A DNA stretch of 64,000 nucleotides from Desulfobacterales bacterium (GCA_963668645.2 CAXXWC010000001.1:526090-590089), one strand, 5' to 3'; shown: positions 10,932 through 21,036, counted from the stretch's first letter. Numbers and translations: made by a program. Notes: a model not told the origin generated them from the letters alone.

Positions 10932-11713
10932 ATCTCCAGCACGATGCCCACCGGGCAATGATCCGAACCGAAGATATCGTTGTCAATAAACGCCTCGCGC
11001 AGCCAGCCGCGGGCGACGATCTCCGGGGTAACAAAAAAATAATCGATGCGCCACCCCACGTTGCGCTCGCGAGCCTTGAAGCGATAGGTCCACCACGAGT
11101 ATTTAACCGCATCGGGATAAAGATGGCGGAAGGTGTCGATATAGCCGCGGGCCACGATGCGATCGATCCAGTCGCGCTCGATACGCAAAAAGCCAGATGT
11201 TTTTTGGTTTTCCTTGGGGTTTTTGAGGTCTATTTCGTTATGAGCGGTATTGTAATCACCGCAAATCACCAAGGCGCGCCCCTGTGCGCGCAAAAGGTCA
11301 CAATATGCAAAAAAAGCTTCGTAGAATCTCAGCTTATAGTCAAGCCTTTCGTCGCCGGTCTGCCCATTGGGGAAATAGACGTTTAAAAGGATGAAATGCT
11401 CCAGATCCAGAGCAAGAATCCTTCCTTCATCGTCGAATTCGGGCACTCCGATTCCTTCAACGGCCCGAACCGGCGCCATGCGGCTGTAAATCGCCGTTCC
11501 GCTGTATCCTTTTTTAACCCTGCAAAAGGACCAGTAAGGCCGGTAGCCGGCGATATCCTGCATCGCCGCGGTCAGTTTACTCTCTTGTAGCTTTGTCTCC
11601 TGAATGGCCACCAGATCGGCGTCCAGCCGGATCAGGGTCTCGGCAAAGCCTTTGTTCATCGCGGCGTTCAGCCCGTTGACGTTCCAGGAAACCAGTTTAA
11701 GCCGTCGCGTCAT
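10928..11713 (-). CDS. xth: Exodeoxyribonuclease III / AP endonuclease
   Basis: SWNVNG, QETK, GYSGTA, EGR, NVYFPNG, CGDYNTAH, GWRIDY, GSDHCP. Confidence 0.95.
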   Translation of the reverse strand: MTRRLKLVSWNVNGLNAAMNKGFAETLIRLDADLVAIQETKLQESKLTAAMQDIAGYRPYWSFCRVKKGYSGTAIYSRMAPVRAVEGIGVPEFDDEGRILALDLEHFILLNVYFPNGQTGDERLDYKLRFYEAFFAYCDLLRAQGRALVICGDYNTAHNEIDLKNPKENQKTSGFLRIERDWIDRIVARGYIDTFRHLYPDAVKYSWWTYRFKARERNVGWRIDYFFVTPEIVARGWLREAFIDNDIFGSDHCPVGIVLEI

Positions 11714-11766
11714 AAGGCAGACTCCAAACGGAAGAAAATGAATTACGTACCAGGTTCCAACCCACT

Positions 11767-12429
11767 CTAACGATTGCGCCGCACTCCCACCCGACGACAA
11801 AGGTCGGATACCGGACAACGGCTGCACCAGGGGGACACCGGATGGCAGAGGGTCTGCCCGAAGGCGACGAGAATCTCGTTGTAGTGCACCCAGTAGCGCC
11901 GCGGCAGCTTGCGACGCAGGCGCATTTCGGTCTGTTCCGGGGTTCGGGTGCGCACGTAGCCCACCCGATTGCTGATACGATGGACATGGGTATCGACACA
12001 GATCCCGTCCAGGCCGAAACCTTCCACGCGCACCAGATTGGCGGTCTTGCGCCCCACCCCGGGCAATTCCAGGAGTTCTTCAAGCCCGGAAGGGACCTGG
12101 CCCTGGTAGCGTTCGAGCAGCACGGTACTGATCTGCTTGAGCCGGCGTGCCTTGGTCTTCCAGAAACCGACCGGGTAAATCAAGGCTTCGATGGCAGCCA
12201 AGTCCAAGGACAGGATCGTTTCAGGGGTCCGGGCCACATCCAGGAGCCTTTGAGAAGCCTTGATTGTGACCGGATCTTTGGTGCGCAGCGACAGCAGGGT
12301 CGACACCAGGATCTCAAAGGGCGAGGACCCGCGCTGGGCGATGAGGGTGATCACCGGAGCCGACCAGGCGGGGTAATTTTCCTCGAGGACCGCCATGAAA
12401 CGGTCGATGTCGAATCCGGGGCGGCCCAT
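11767..12429 (-). CDS. nth: Endonuclease III (DNA glycosylase/AP lyase)
   Basis: HhH LPGVGRKTAN, VDTHVHR, C-x6-C-x2-C-x5-C 4Fe-4S motif. Confidence 0.93.
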   Translation of the reverse strand: MGRPGFDIDRFMAVLEENYPAWSAPVITLIAQRGSSPFEILVSTLLSLRTKDPVTIKASQRLLDVARTPETILSLDLAAIEALIYPVGFWKTKARRLKQISTVLLERYQGQVPSGLEELLELPGVGRKTANLVRVEGFGLDGICVDTHVHRISNRVGYVRTRTPEQTEMRLRRKLPRRYWVHYNEILVAFGQTLCHPVSPWCSRCPVSDLCRRVGVRRNR

Positions 12430-12514
12430 CCTTGTCAACGCATTATCGACCTGAAGTGAACGCTCTTGGCCAACGGTTCGGATCTGGAACCGTTGGCGCG
12501 AGAAGGGCCGGGAC

Positions 12515-12976
12515 TCAACGCGGATGGCAAAGCACACAGCCGGTGGGGCCGGTCTTCAACTGCACCGTGGCCAGGCTATTGGCCTTTTCAGCGGCCAGAT
12601 TCCGTTTGGCCGTAGACTTGTGGCAGCCTAAGCATGATCCGTGGTAGGCGTTTTTGAAGTATCGATATGCCGGCAGTCCACTCTCCTTGGTTGCAGGTTC
12701 TGTCAAATCATGGCAACCGGCGGTACCGCAGCCGATGTTCTCCGCAGCACCGGTCCACTTGTGATGGCATGCGACACAGGCCAGTTCCAGATGCTGCCCG
12801 TGGGGGAAATCCACAGCGCTGCGCATGGCCTCGACACCGGCGGGCGCCTCAATCGTCAGCGTTCCGAGGGGCACGCAAAGACTCTCTTCAGAATCGCCGG
12901 CCGAGGCTATGCCAACGGCCATGCAAGTGCACAGAATCATCCCCAGGCTCCAGAACCATCGCTTGTCGATCCGCAT
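12515..12976 (-). CDS. Periplasmic tetraheme class III cytochrome c3
   Basis: Signal peptide, FPH..H, heme sites CVACH, CGTAGCH, CLGCH, CVLCH; AGGAGG RBS. Confidence 0.88.
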   Translation of the reverse strand: MRIDKRWFWSLGMILCTCMAVGIASAGDSEESLCVPLGTLTIEAPAGVEAMRSAVDFPHGQHLELACVACHHKWTGAAENIGCGTAGCHDLTEPATKESGLPAYRYFKNAYHGSCLGCHKSTAKRNLAAEKANSLATVQLKTGPTGCVLCHPR

Positions 12977-13299
12977 CCATCTCCTCCTTGGTGGCCGAAA
13001 GGATTTTCGCCCCGGGCGGCGCCGCACCAATCACCGCCTTCCAGGCGCCGCCATGGCCGAAGTATAGCTTTAGCTTGAAACGCTATTAGCACAACGGGAA
13101 CAATCGAAAAAGATCACCGCACTACTATACGATACGCCCGATTCGTGCAACCCTATTTTCATCGGCCGCACCCGCGTTGCAGTCATACCAACGGATCCCA
13201 AAGCATCATTTACTTTCCATCGCCGCTCGCCTATAACGACTGAGTCAAACTCAACCCCTGAGCCGCAATCGAACTGCGGCCCATCGCGCGGAGGTCATC

Positions 13300-14433
13300 A
13301 TGGGAAGCAACAATCTCGTTTTCCTGGAAAATCTGGAATGGTTCGACCCGACCGGGGATACCCTGGTGCAGCGCCTGCCCGCCGAGGGGTCGGGGGAGAT
13401 CAAGTGGGGCGCGCAACTGACTGTCCGTGAAAGCCAGGCAGCGGTCTTCTTTTATAAAGGCAAGGCGGTGGAGGCTTTCGCGGCCGGCCGCCACACCCTC
13501 AAAACCGGCAACATCCCGATCCTGACCAAGTTGGCCAGCATTCCCTGGGGACTGACCAGCCCCCTGCGCGCCGAGGTCTATTTCGTCAACCTGAAGGTGT
13601 TCACCAATCTGAAGTGGGGCACCCGCGATCCGGTGGCCTTTAAAGACGCCGAACTCGGCTTGGTGCGGCTGAGGGCCTTTGGCGTGTTCAACCTGCAGGT
13701 CGTCCAGCCGATCCTCTTTGTCAACCGCCTGGTCGGCACTGAGGGGATTTTCACCACGGAAGCGGTGGAATCCTATCTGAACCAGGTCATCGTATCGCGT
13801 TTTAACGACTTCATGGGTGAGACCATCGACACCATCTTCAGCCTGCCGGCCCGCTACGACGAATTGTCAGGCGCCCTGAGCCAACGCTTGCAGGAAGACT
13901 TGAGCCACTTCGGCCTGGCGTTGACCCATCTGTATATCAACGCCATCACCCCGCCGCCCGAGGTGCAGCAGGCCATCGACGACCGCAGCCGCCTGGGGGC
14001 CCTGCCCGACCTGGACCGGCTCATGCAGATGAAAGCCGCCATGGCCATGGAAAAGGCCGCCGGGACCCAGGGAACCACCGGCGAGACCATGGGGGCCGGC
14101 CTCGGGTTGATGCTCCCGGCCATGTTCGCCCGGTTCATGACCGGCGCTGCCGGCCCGTCGCCGGCGCAAGAAAACCTTGCCGCCTGCCCTGAGTGCCGCC
14201 AGCCCATCCCGGCGCAAGCCAAGTTCTGCCCCTTTTGCGGGCACCAGCAGGTCGTCTTCGGCCAGTGCACCCAGTGCGGCAAGAACCTGCCGCCCAATGC
14301 CCGTTTCTGCCCGCGCTGCGGCCAGCCGGCCGATACCAAACCGAACCCCTGGCACTGCATCCACTGCGGCACCCAAAACATAGCCGGGGCACTGTTCTGC
14401 AACCAGTGCGGGGAGAGACACCACCCCGAGTGA
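13300..14433 (+). CDS. SPFH/band-7 protein with C-terminal zinc ribbons (YdjI-like)
   Basis: QLTVRESQAAVF, KWGT.DP, LRAFG; six CxxC motifs at the C-terminus; GGAGG RBS. Confidence 0.85.
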   Translation: MGSNNLVFLENLEWFDPTGDTLVQRLPAEGSGEIKWGAQLTVRESQAAVFFYKGKAVEAFAAGRHTLKTGNIPILTKLASIPWGLTSPLRAEVYFVNLKVFTNLKWGTRDPVAFKDAELGLVRLRAFGVFNLQVVQPILFVNRLVGTEGIFTTEAVESYLNQVIVSRFNDFMGETIDTIFSLPARYDELSGALSQRLQEDLSHFGLALTHLYINAITPPPEVQQAIDDRSRLGALPDLDRLMQMKAAMAMEKAAGTQGTTGETMGAGLGLMLPAMFARFMTGAAGPSPAQENLAACPECRQPIPAQAKFCPFCGHQQVVFGQCTQCGKNLPPNARFCPRCGQPADTKPNPWHCIHCGTQNIAGALFCNQCGERHHPE

Positions 14434-14449
14434 CCGCCGGGAGGCTTCC

Positions 14450-15673
14450 ATCGACCTGCACATCGATCATCAATGCCCCCAGTGCGGTGCACCGGCGGTC
14501 CTGGCGGAAAGCGACCGCCTCTATTGCTGTAGCTACTGCAAGGTCCAGTCCTACCTGCTGCCGCGGGATGTGCCGCGCTATCTGCTGCCCAACCGGGCTC
14601 CGGCCACTCAGTCCCTCACCTATGTGCCGTATTGGCGATTCAAGGGGATGGTTTTCACCTGCCGGCCGGACGGAATCGGCCATCGCTTCCTCGATTTGAG
14701 CCGTTGCGCCCTCGGTGGGACAACCTTGCCCGCCAGCCTGGGGCTGCGTCCCCAGGCCATGCGTCTCAAACCGGTCACGCCCGGGATTGCAGGCCGCTTC
14801 TTGACGCCGACCCTGGCGCAGCGCAGCATGCTGGACCGCCTGGAGAGCATCACATCTCCCGGCGATGAAAACGAGGTGTTTCTGGAGTCGCAAATCGGCG
14901 AATCGTTGAGCCTGATCTACATGCCGGTCTACCAAAAGAAAAGGCTGTACGATGCGGTGCTTGATCGCCCGTTGAACGGACCTGAACAAGACCTGGACCT
15001 GGATGCTTTGGACGGCGGACCGGCACAGGGTTATTTTCGCTTCGTGCCGGCCATTTGCCCCCAGTGCGGCTGGAACCTGGAAGGCCGCAGGGACTCGCTG
15101 ACCTTGGTGTGCCGCAATTGTGACCGGGTTTGGCAGGCGCGGCGCCGGGGTCTCGAACAGATCCGCATCGCCCATGTGCCCAATTCCGGCAACGGGTCGA
15201 TCTACCTGCCTTTCTGGCGCATCAAGGCCGATATTGAAGGCCTCGCTCTGGCCAGCCGCACCGATCTGGTTCGCCTGGCCAATCTGCCCCAGGTTCCCCG
15301 CCCGCAATGGCATAACGAGCCATTCCGTTTCTGGTTTCCCGCTTTCAAGGTCCGACCGGCCACCCTGCTCAGCCTCGCAAGCGGCCTGACCCTGAGACAA
15401 CCCCGGACCGCCTTGGTGGACCGGCTTCCGTCCAGCGACCTCTTTGCCGTCAATCTGCCTCTCAGTGAAGCGGTCGAGGGCCTGAAGATGCTCCTGGCCG
15501 CCTTTGCCAAACCGCCGCGGCAGATCTACCCCCGCCTGGCCCACCTCCGGATCACCCCCCAGGCCATGCTGCTGGTCTACATCCCCTTTTCCACCAGCGT
15601 TCACGAGTACCTTCAACCCGATTTAAAACTGGCCGTAAACCGCAACCAACTCTCGCTGGCCGGGAATCTTTAG
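14450..15673 (+). CDS. Zinc-ribbon protein of unknown function; probable non-canonical start
   Basis: Frame is open upstream of the GTG at 14570 and encodes CPQCG...CSYC; GGAGG at 14440-14444 precedes in-frame ATC 14450 and CTG 14456; YVPYWRF and YLPFWR repeats; second CPQCG..CRNC. Confidence 0.7.
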   Translation: MDLHIDHQCPQCGAPAVLAESDRLYCCSYCKVQSYLLPRDVPRYLLPNRAPATQSLTYVPYWRFKGMVFTCRPDGIGHRFLDLSRCALGGTTLPASLGLRPQAMRLKPVTPGIAGRFLTPTLAQRSMLDRLESITSPGDENEVFLESQIGESLSLIYMPVYQKKRLYDAVLDRPLNGPEQDLDLDALDGGPAQGYFRFVPAICPQCGWNLEGRRDSLTLVCRNCDRVWQARRRGLEQIRIAHVPNSGNGSIYLPFWRIKADIEGLALASRTDLVRLANLPQVPRPQWHNEPFRFWFPAFKVRPATLLSLASGLTLRQPRTALVDRLPSSDLFAVNLPLSEAVEGLKMLLAAFAKPPRQIYPRLAHLRITPQAMLLVYIPFSTSVHEYLQPDLKLAVNRNQLSLAGNL

Positions 15674-15685
15674 CCTCCCGGTTGA

Positions 15686-16954
15686 TTGACAAACCCAGGC
15701 CCCTCGTCTATGTCATACATGGTTGAAGGCGATGCTGCAGCGGTGCCTCACGCCGATAAACCGGAAATCGCGCCTCGACGCAGAGAGGAGAAGATCATGG
15801 GTCCGGACAGTCTGCTTTGCCCTGAATGCGGTTTCGAAAATCCCCTGGACGCCGAGTACTGCGGAGGCTGCGGCAAACACATCATCCAGGAAGCGGTCGA
15901 TCTGGCCACACTTTCGCGATCACCTTTGGACGCTGAAGCCTATACGGTCGCCTTTGTCTGCCCCAAATGCGGCCACCCCTCCGACCTGGCAACGCCCGAC
16001 TGCTTGAAGTGCGGCATTATCTTTACCAAGTGGTACGAGGGGCTCGATGACCTTTCAGTCGAAGAAGCCGAACAACTTGCCCGCTTGCGCGAAATTCAAT
16101 CCGAACGGGAGCGGGCTGCCGAAGCCGAAAACCGGCGGATCGAGGCGCAACGCAAAGCCGAACTGGAACGTCAGCGCGAGGCGTTAAAACGCCGCAAGGC
16201 CCAGATCCAGGCCCAACGTGAGGCCGAGGCAGCCGCCCGGCAAAAAGCAGAAGAAGAGGCCCGGCAGCGCGCTGAGGCAACCAAACGGCAACACGCCGAA
16301 AAAGACGCCCGCTTAAAGGCCGAGGCAGAAAAACGCCGCCAGGCCGAGGAGGAAGCCCGCCAAAAAGCCGAAGCAGAAGAGCACCGCCGGGCCGCCGAGG
16401 AAGAAGCCCGCCAAAAGGCCGAGGCAGAAAAACGCCGCCAGGCCGAGGAGGAAGCCCACCTAAAAGCCGAGGCAGAAGAGCGTCGCCAGGCCGAAGAAGA
16501 CGCCCGCCAAAAGGCCGAGGCAGAAAAACGCCGCCAGGCCGAGGAGGAAGCCCGCCTAAAAACCGATGCAGAAAAGCGCCGGCAAGCCGAAGAAGACGCC
16601 CGCCTGAAGGCCGAGGAAGACGCCCGCCAAAAGGCTGAAGTCATTAAACAGGAAAAGACCTTCAGCATGCAGCAGATCCTCAAGGCCCTGCGCCCCAAGG
16701 GACGCCTGAGCGACCTGCTGCGCAAATACGAAAATCGCTCGGTGGGACTGAAACGCGGTGCCGACAAGCCCCTGGAGGCCCTGACACTGCTCAGGACACT
16801 TGAAGATTATATGGTCTTGCATGCCGAGGACACCTCACGGCTGGTCCACATCCCGCTTGGCCGCATCGATCGTCTCGAAGAAAACCTCGACAGCCAGAAC
16901 GGTACTTCGGAGGCCAATGGAACCCTTGTGATCGTTCTGATCGGCTCTGCCTGA
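15686..16954 (+). CDS. Zinc-ribbon protein with a long charged (E/A/R/K/Q) helical repeat region
   Basis: CPECG..CGGC and CPKCG..CLKC followed by RQKAEAEKRRQAEEEA-type repeats. Start uncertain. Confidence 0.7.
   Translation: MTNPGPSSMSYMVEGDAAAVPHADKPEIAPRRREEKIMGPDSLLCPECGFENPLDAEYCGGCGKHIIQEAVDLATLSRSPLDAEAYTVAFVCPKCGHPSDLATPDCLKCGIIFTKWYEGLDDLSVEEAEQLARLREIQSERERAAEAENRRIEAQRKAELERQREALKRRKAQIQAQREAEAAARQKAEEEARQRAEATKRQHAEKDARLKAEAEKRRQAEEEARQKAEAEEHRRAAEEEARQKAEAEKRRQAEEEAHLKAEAEERRQAEEDARQKAEAEKRRQAEEEARLKTDAEKRRQAEEDARLKAEEDARQKAEVIKQEKTFSMQQILKALRPKGRLSDLLRKYENRSVGLKRGADKPLEALTLLRTLEDYMVLHAEDTSRLVHIPLGRIDRLEENLDSQNGTSEANGTLVIVLIGSA
16240..16640 (+). repeat. Imperfect ~48-bp coding tandem repeat
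   Basis: Recurrent gcccgccaaaaggccgaggcagaaaaacgccgccaggccgaggaggaa-like units. Confidence 0.85.
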
Positions 16955-16972
16955 GACGGCCGGCGGATCGTC

Positions 16973-18451
16973 ATGCAGACTTACCTCTTTTACGACCTGG
17001 AAACCACCGGACTTAACCGGGCCTTCGACCAGCCGCTACAGTTTGCCGCCATCCGAACCGATCTGCAGCTCGCGGAGTTGGAACGCTACGATCTGGCCAT
17101 TCGTCTGCGGCCGGACATCGTCCCTTCGCCCCTGGCGGTGCTGACCCACCGCTTGGGGCCCAAGACAATGGCCCGGGGACGCAGCGAATACGACGCTGTG
17201 GGCCAGATCCATGCCATTTTCAACCGCCCCGGCACCCTGAGTATCGGGTACAACTCCCTCGGTTTCGACGACGAATGCCTGCGCTTTGCTTTCTACCGCA
17301 ACCTGCTGGCGCCCTATACCCACCAGTTCAAAAACGGCTGCGGGCGTATCGACCTGCTGGCATTTACCGCGGTGTATCGACTGTTCAAGCCCTCCGGACT
17401 CCAGTGGCCTGTCCGCGACGGCCGGGCCTCCCTGCGCCTGGAGGATCTCAATGCGGTCAACCACTTGAGCACCGGGCGGGCCCATACGGCCATGGCCGAT
17501 GTGGAAGCCCTGCTCGCGTTGGCCCGGCGGCTGCGGGCCGAAGCCGAGACTTGGGCCTACCTGAGCCGGCGTTTCGACAAAACCGCCGATCGGGATCAGA
17601 TCCACCGGATACCGCCCGTCATCACCGCCGGCCGAACCGACTGCCGCCTGGCCCTGTTGGTATCCAGTGAATTCGGCGCCTCGGCCGATCACATGGCCCC
17701 AGCCTTGGGCATCGGCCCCTCGCAAGCCTATGCCAACCAGCGTCTCTGGCTGCGCCTGGACCATCCGGACCTGGCCCGGGCCACTGCGGCCGACGTGGCG
17801 CAGACCACCCGCATCGTGCGCAAAAAATACGGCGAACCACCCCTGGTCCTGCCGCCGCTGCCGCGCTACTGGAACCGGCTCGACCCGTCGCGGCGCGAGC
17901 TGGTCAACGGCAATCTGGACCGTCTGAACCGCGATTCGGATCTGCTCGAAGCCCTGATCGCTTATCATCGCGCCTGGCAATATCCCGACGTCCCCAATGT
18001 GGATGCAGATGCCGCCTTGTACCGCGAGGGCTTCTGGAGCGATGAAGACCGGCGCCGTTTCGACCGATTCCATCAGGCAGGCCCTGTCGAAGGGCTGGCC
18101 CTGGCACCCACCTTCAGCACCCCTTACGCCCGCAGTTTGGGGTTGCGCATCGTCTTCCGAAATTTCCCCGGCCCCCATCCGCCGGAAGTCTCCCGGGCTT
18201 GGCAGGATTTTTCCCGCCGCATCGATCCGACCAGCGACGATCTGGTCCCGGTGGATCACCGCGGCTGCCCGAGGCGCACGCCGTCCTCGGCCCGCAGCCA
18301 AATCCAAACCCTGCTGGCAGAACCTGACCGGTCGCCAGAGGATCGCCGCTTGCTCGAATCCCTGGATACTTTCATCGCCGGGCGCTTCGGTATCGGAGCT
18401 GATCCGCATGCAGTCGTCACAGATAACGGAGAATGTTTGAATAATGGTTGA
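16973..18451 (+). CDS. sbcB: Exodeoxyribonuclease I (DEDDh 3'-5' exonuclease)
   Basis: FYDLETTG, DQPLQFAAIRTD, GYNSLGFDDE, FYRNL, AHTAMADV, DVDAALY-like motif. Confidence 0.88.
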   Translation: MQTYLFYDLETTGLNRAFDQPLQFAAIRTDLQLAELERYDLAIRLRPDIVPSPLAVLTHRLGPKTMARGRSEYDAVGQIHAIFNRPGTLSIGYNSLGFDDECLRFAFYRNLLAPYTHQFKNGCGRIDLLAFTAVYRLFKPSGLQWPVRDGRASLRLEDLNAVNHLSTGRAHTAMADVEALLALARRLRAEAETWAYLSRRFDKTADRDQIHRIPPVITAGRTDCRLALLVSSEFGASADHMAPALGIGPSQAYANQRLWLRLDHPDLARATAADVAQTTRIVRKKYGEPPLVLPPLPRYWNRLDPSRRELVNGNLDRLNRDSDLLEALIAYHRAWQYPDVPNVDADAALYREGFWSDEDRRRFDRFHQAGPVEGLALAPTFSTPYARSLGLRIVFRNFPGPHPPEVSRAWQDFSRRIDPTSDDLVPVDHRGCPRRTPSSARSQIQTLLAEPDRSPEDRRLLESLDTFIAGRFGIGADPHAVVTDNGECLNNG

Positions 18452-19583
18452 TTTCGACTTCGACACCCCCATCGATCGGACCGGCAGCGCCAGCCTCAAA
18501 TGGAGCCGCTACGCCGATCCGCGGATTCTACCCATGTGGGTGGCCGACATGGACTTTGCCGCTCCCCCGGCCGTTACCTCAGCGCTGGCCGAACGATGCC
18601 GCCATCCGGTCTACGGCTACACCGTGGATCCCGAAGAATTGGCCGAGGCGGTTTGCCGCCATCTGGCAACCCATTACGCATGGACCATCGATGCGGCTTG
18701 GATCGTCTGGCTTCCCGGTCTGGTCACCGGCATCAACCTGGCCTGCCGGACCGCAGGAAGACCCGGAGATGCCGTGCTGACCTGCGTGCCGGTCTACCCG
18801 CCTTTTCTGACCGCTCCCGGCCATTTCGGCCGGACCCTTCAGACCGTTGCCCTGGTGCGCGGCGAAAATCGCTGGCACCTCGATCTTGAACGGATCGAAG
18901 CGGCCATCGGTCCCCGGACCCGCTTGCTGCTTTTGTGCAGCCCCCACAACCCGGTGGGCCGGGCCTTTACGAGCGAAGAACTCTCGGCCCTGGCCGAAAT
19001 TGCCCGGCGCCATGATCTGATTGTCTGCTCGGACGAAATCCACTGCGATCTGATCCTCGAAGCGGATCGGCGCCATATCCCCTTTGCGAGCCTCGATGCG
19101 GATACCGCCGCACGGACCATCACCCTGATGGCGCCGAGCAAGACGTACAATATTCCCGGGTTGGGATGCGCCTTTGCCGTGATCGGTGATGAGGGCCTGC
19201 GACGCCGCTTTCGCCAGACCATGGCCGGAATCGTCCCCGACGTGAACCTCTTCGGCTATACCGGGGCACTGGCAGCCCTGACCCAGGGAGAAGCCTGGCG
19301 CCGGGCGGCTATCGCGTACCTGAGGGCCAACCGCGACCTGGTCGCCGCGCGCATCTCATCCATGCCCGGACTTGAGACCACCCCGGTGGAAGCCACCTAC
19401 CTTGCCTGGATCGACACCCGTAGGCGGGGACTGACGGCGCCAGCGGCCTTTTTCGAACGCGCCGGCGTGGGCCTGTCGGATGGCGCCGAATTCGGGGCTC
19501 CGGGCTTCGTACGGCTCAATTTCGGCTGCCCGCGCCGGATCCTCGAAGAAGCCTTGAACCGGATGGAACAGGCCCTGAAATGA
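18444..19583 (+). CDS. patB: PLP-dependent C-S lyase, MalY/PatB family
   Basis: LPMWVADMDF, LCSPHNPVG, SDEIHCD, APSKTYN, RLNFGC. Confidence 0.9.
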   Translation: MVDFDFDTPIDRTGSASLKWSRYADPRILPMWVADMDFAAPPAVTSALAERCRHPVYGYTVDPEELAEAVCRHLATHYAWTIDAAWIVWLPGLVTGINLACRTAGRPGDAVLTCVPVYPPFLTAPGHFGRTLQTVALVRGENRWHLDLERIEAAIGPRTRLLLLCSPHNPVGRAFTSEELSALAEIARRHDLIVCSDEIHCDLILEADRRHIPFASLDADTAARTITLMAPSKTYNIPGLGCAFAVIGDEGLRRRFRQTMAGIVPDVNLFGYTGALAALTQGEAWRRAAIAYLRANRDLVAARISSMPGLETTPVEATYLAWIDTRRRGLTAPAAFFERAGVGLSDGAEFGAPGFVRLNFGCPRRILEEALNRMEQALK

Positions 19584-19685
19584 AAGGGGAATCAAAGACA
19601 GACCCGAGGCCAAAAGACGAGTACCGATATCTGGATCCCGTTCTCCGTGCTATCCAACCGCTGACCACTGATTCAGGAGTTTGCC

Positions 19686-20990
19686 GTGAGCCAAACCAAG
19701 ATCACCCTTACCTCTGGGATTGCCGACCTGGACCGCCTTCTGGGCGGCGGCATCTTCCTTGGAGACAACGTCATCTGGTATGACGACGCCGGCAGCCTGG
19801 CTCCGGTTTTCTGCCTGAATTTTATCCGGTTCGGACTCGAACAGAAAAGACCCATCGTTTACGTCGACTTCGATCACTCTGTCACGCACCTGATCGAACT
19901 GCTCGGCCCGCTGGCCGACAGCCCCCATCTGACCATCCTGGACGCCTTTACCCACGGCAAGGGCGATGGGGCCGATATCTTCCTAAAATTTTACAAGGAA
20001 AAGGGCTCCCGCCCCGCCGGTCGGGTTTTGAAGATCGAGACGCCGCGGGACATCGATGCCTTTACCGCCGCTTTGTACCGGCTCCAACGGGAACTGGCCG
20101 GTCATGTGGGGCTGGTTTTCGACAGCCTCACCGGAATGCAGGCCTTGTGGGGCGGCGAAGAGACGCTCTTGCAATTCTACTCGCGGGCCTGCCCCCGGCT
20201 TTATGAATTGAATACCATCGCCTACTGGATCATTGAAAGGGGCGCCCACAGCCAGCGCCTGCGCTCTCACCTGAACCAGATCACCCAGGTGGCGGTGGAA
20301 CTTTCGGTGCGGCGCGGCAAGACCGCTTTGACCCTGCTCAAGGCGGCCATGCACGATACCCAGCGGCTCAACACTCCCCTGCCCTATCGGTCCCGCGGCC
20401 TGGAAGTAACCATCGACGCCGACAGCCACACCCCCGGCGCCATCGACCTGGGCAGCCGCATCCGCGTTCTGCGCACCCGCCGGGGACTTTCACAGACCGA
20501 ACTGGCCAGGGGCGTCGGGGTGACCCCCTCGACCATCAGCCAGGTGGAGCACAGTCAGATCTATCCATCCCTTCCGGCGCTCTATAAAATCAGTGAAATG
20601 CTCGGCGTGGAGATGGGCGCGCTCTTCGGAAAGACCGGTGACCAGCGCGCTCCCACCATCTTTGCCGCCAGTCAGGCCAAGGTGTTAAGCTTGGCGCCGG
20701 CCTGGCGCGGGGCTGCCATGATCCGCCGCCTGCTGCCAGCGGGCTTCGAGACGGCGGCAGAGCTATTTTCGGTGGAAATCTCAGCCGGGGCAAGGGTCGG
20801 AGAGCACTTTCTGATCCACAAAGGCGAGGAGGCCGGCTACCTGGAAAGCGGTGAACTGATCATGCGCCTTGACGGCGGTGTCCAAACCGTGCATCCCGGC
20901 GACCTGATCTATCTGAAGCGCGAAACGCCTCTCGGCTGGGAGAATCCAGGCCCTGAAACGGCCCGCATGATCTGGGTAACCATCGGATAG
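19686..20990 (+). CDS. KaiC/RecA-like N-terminal domain fused to XRE helix-turn-helix and cupin (regulator)
   Basis: SGIADLDRLLGGGI and VFDSL; LSQTELARGVGVTPSTISQVE; HKGEE.GY...GEL cupin. Confidence 0.8.
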   Translation: MSQTKITLTSGIADLDRLLGGGIFLGDNVIWYDDAGSLAPVFCLNFIRFGLEQKRPIVYVDFDHSVTHLIELLGPLADSPHLTILDAFTHGKGDGADIFLKFYKEKGSRPAGRVLKIETPRDIDAFTAALYRLQRELAGHVGLVFDSLTGMQALWGGEETLLQFYSRACPRLYELNTIAYWIIERGAHSQRLRSHLNQITQVAVELSVRRGKTALTLLKAAMHDTQRLNTPLPYRSRGLEVTIDADSHTPGAIDLGSRIRVLRTRRGLSQTELARGVGVTPSTISQVEHSQIYPSLPALYKISEMLGVEMGALFGKTGDQRAPTIFAASQAKVLSLAPAWRGAAMIRRLLPAGFETAAELFSVEISAGARVGEHFLIHKGEEAGYLESGELIMRLDGGVQTVHPGDLIYLKRETPLGWENPGPETARMIWVTIG

Positions 20991-21036
20991 GCCGCGGCGA
21001 CCTCTGGACGCACCAACCCTTTCCGCTTAAAACAAG

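Noticed and set aside
16240..16640. Possible CRISPR-like repeat
   Set aside because: Degenerate in-frame coding repeat of a charged helix
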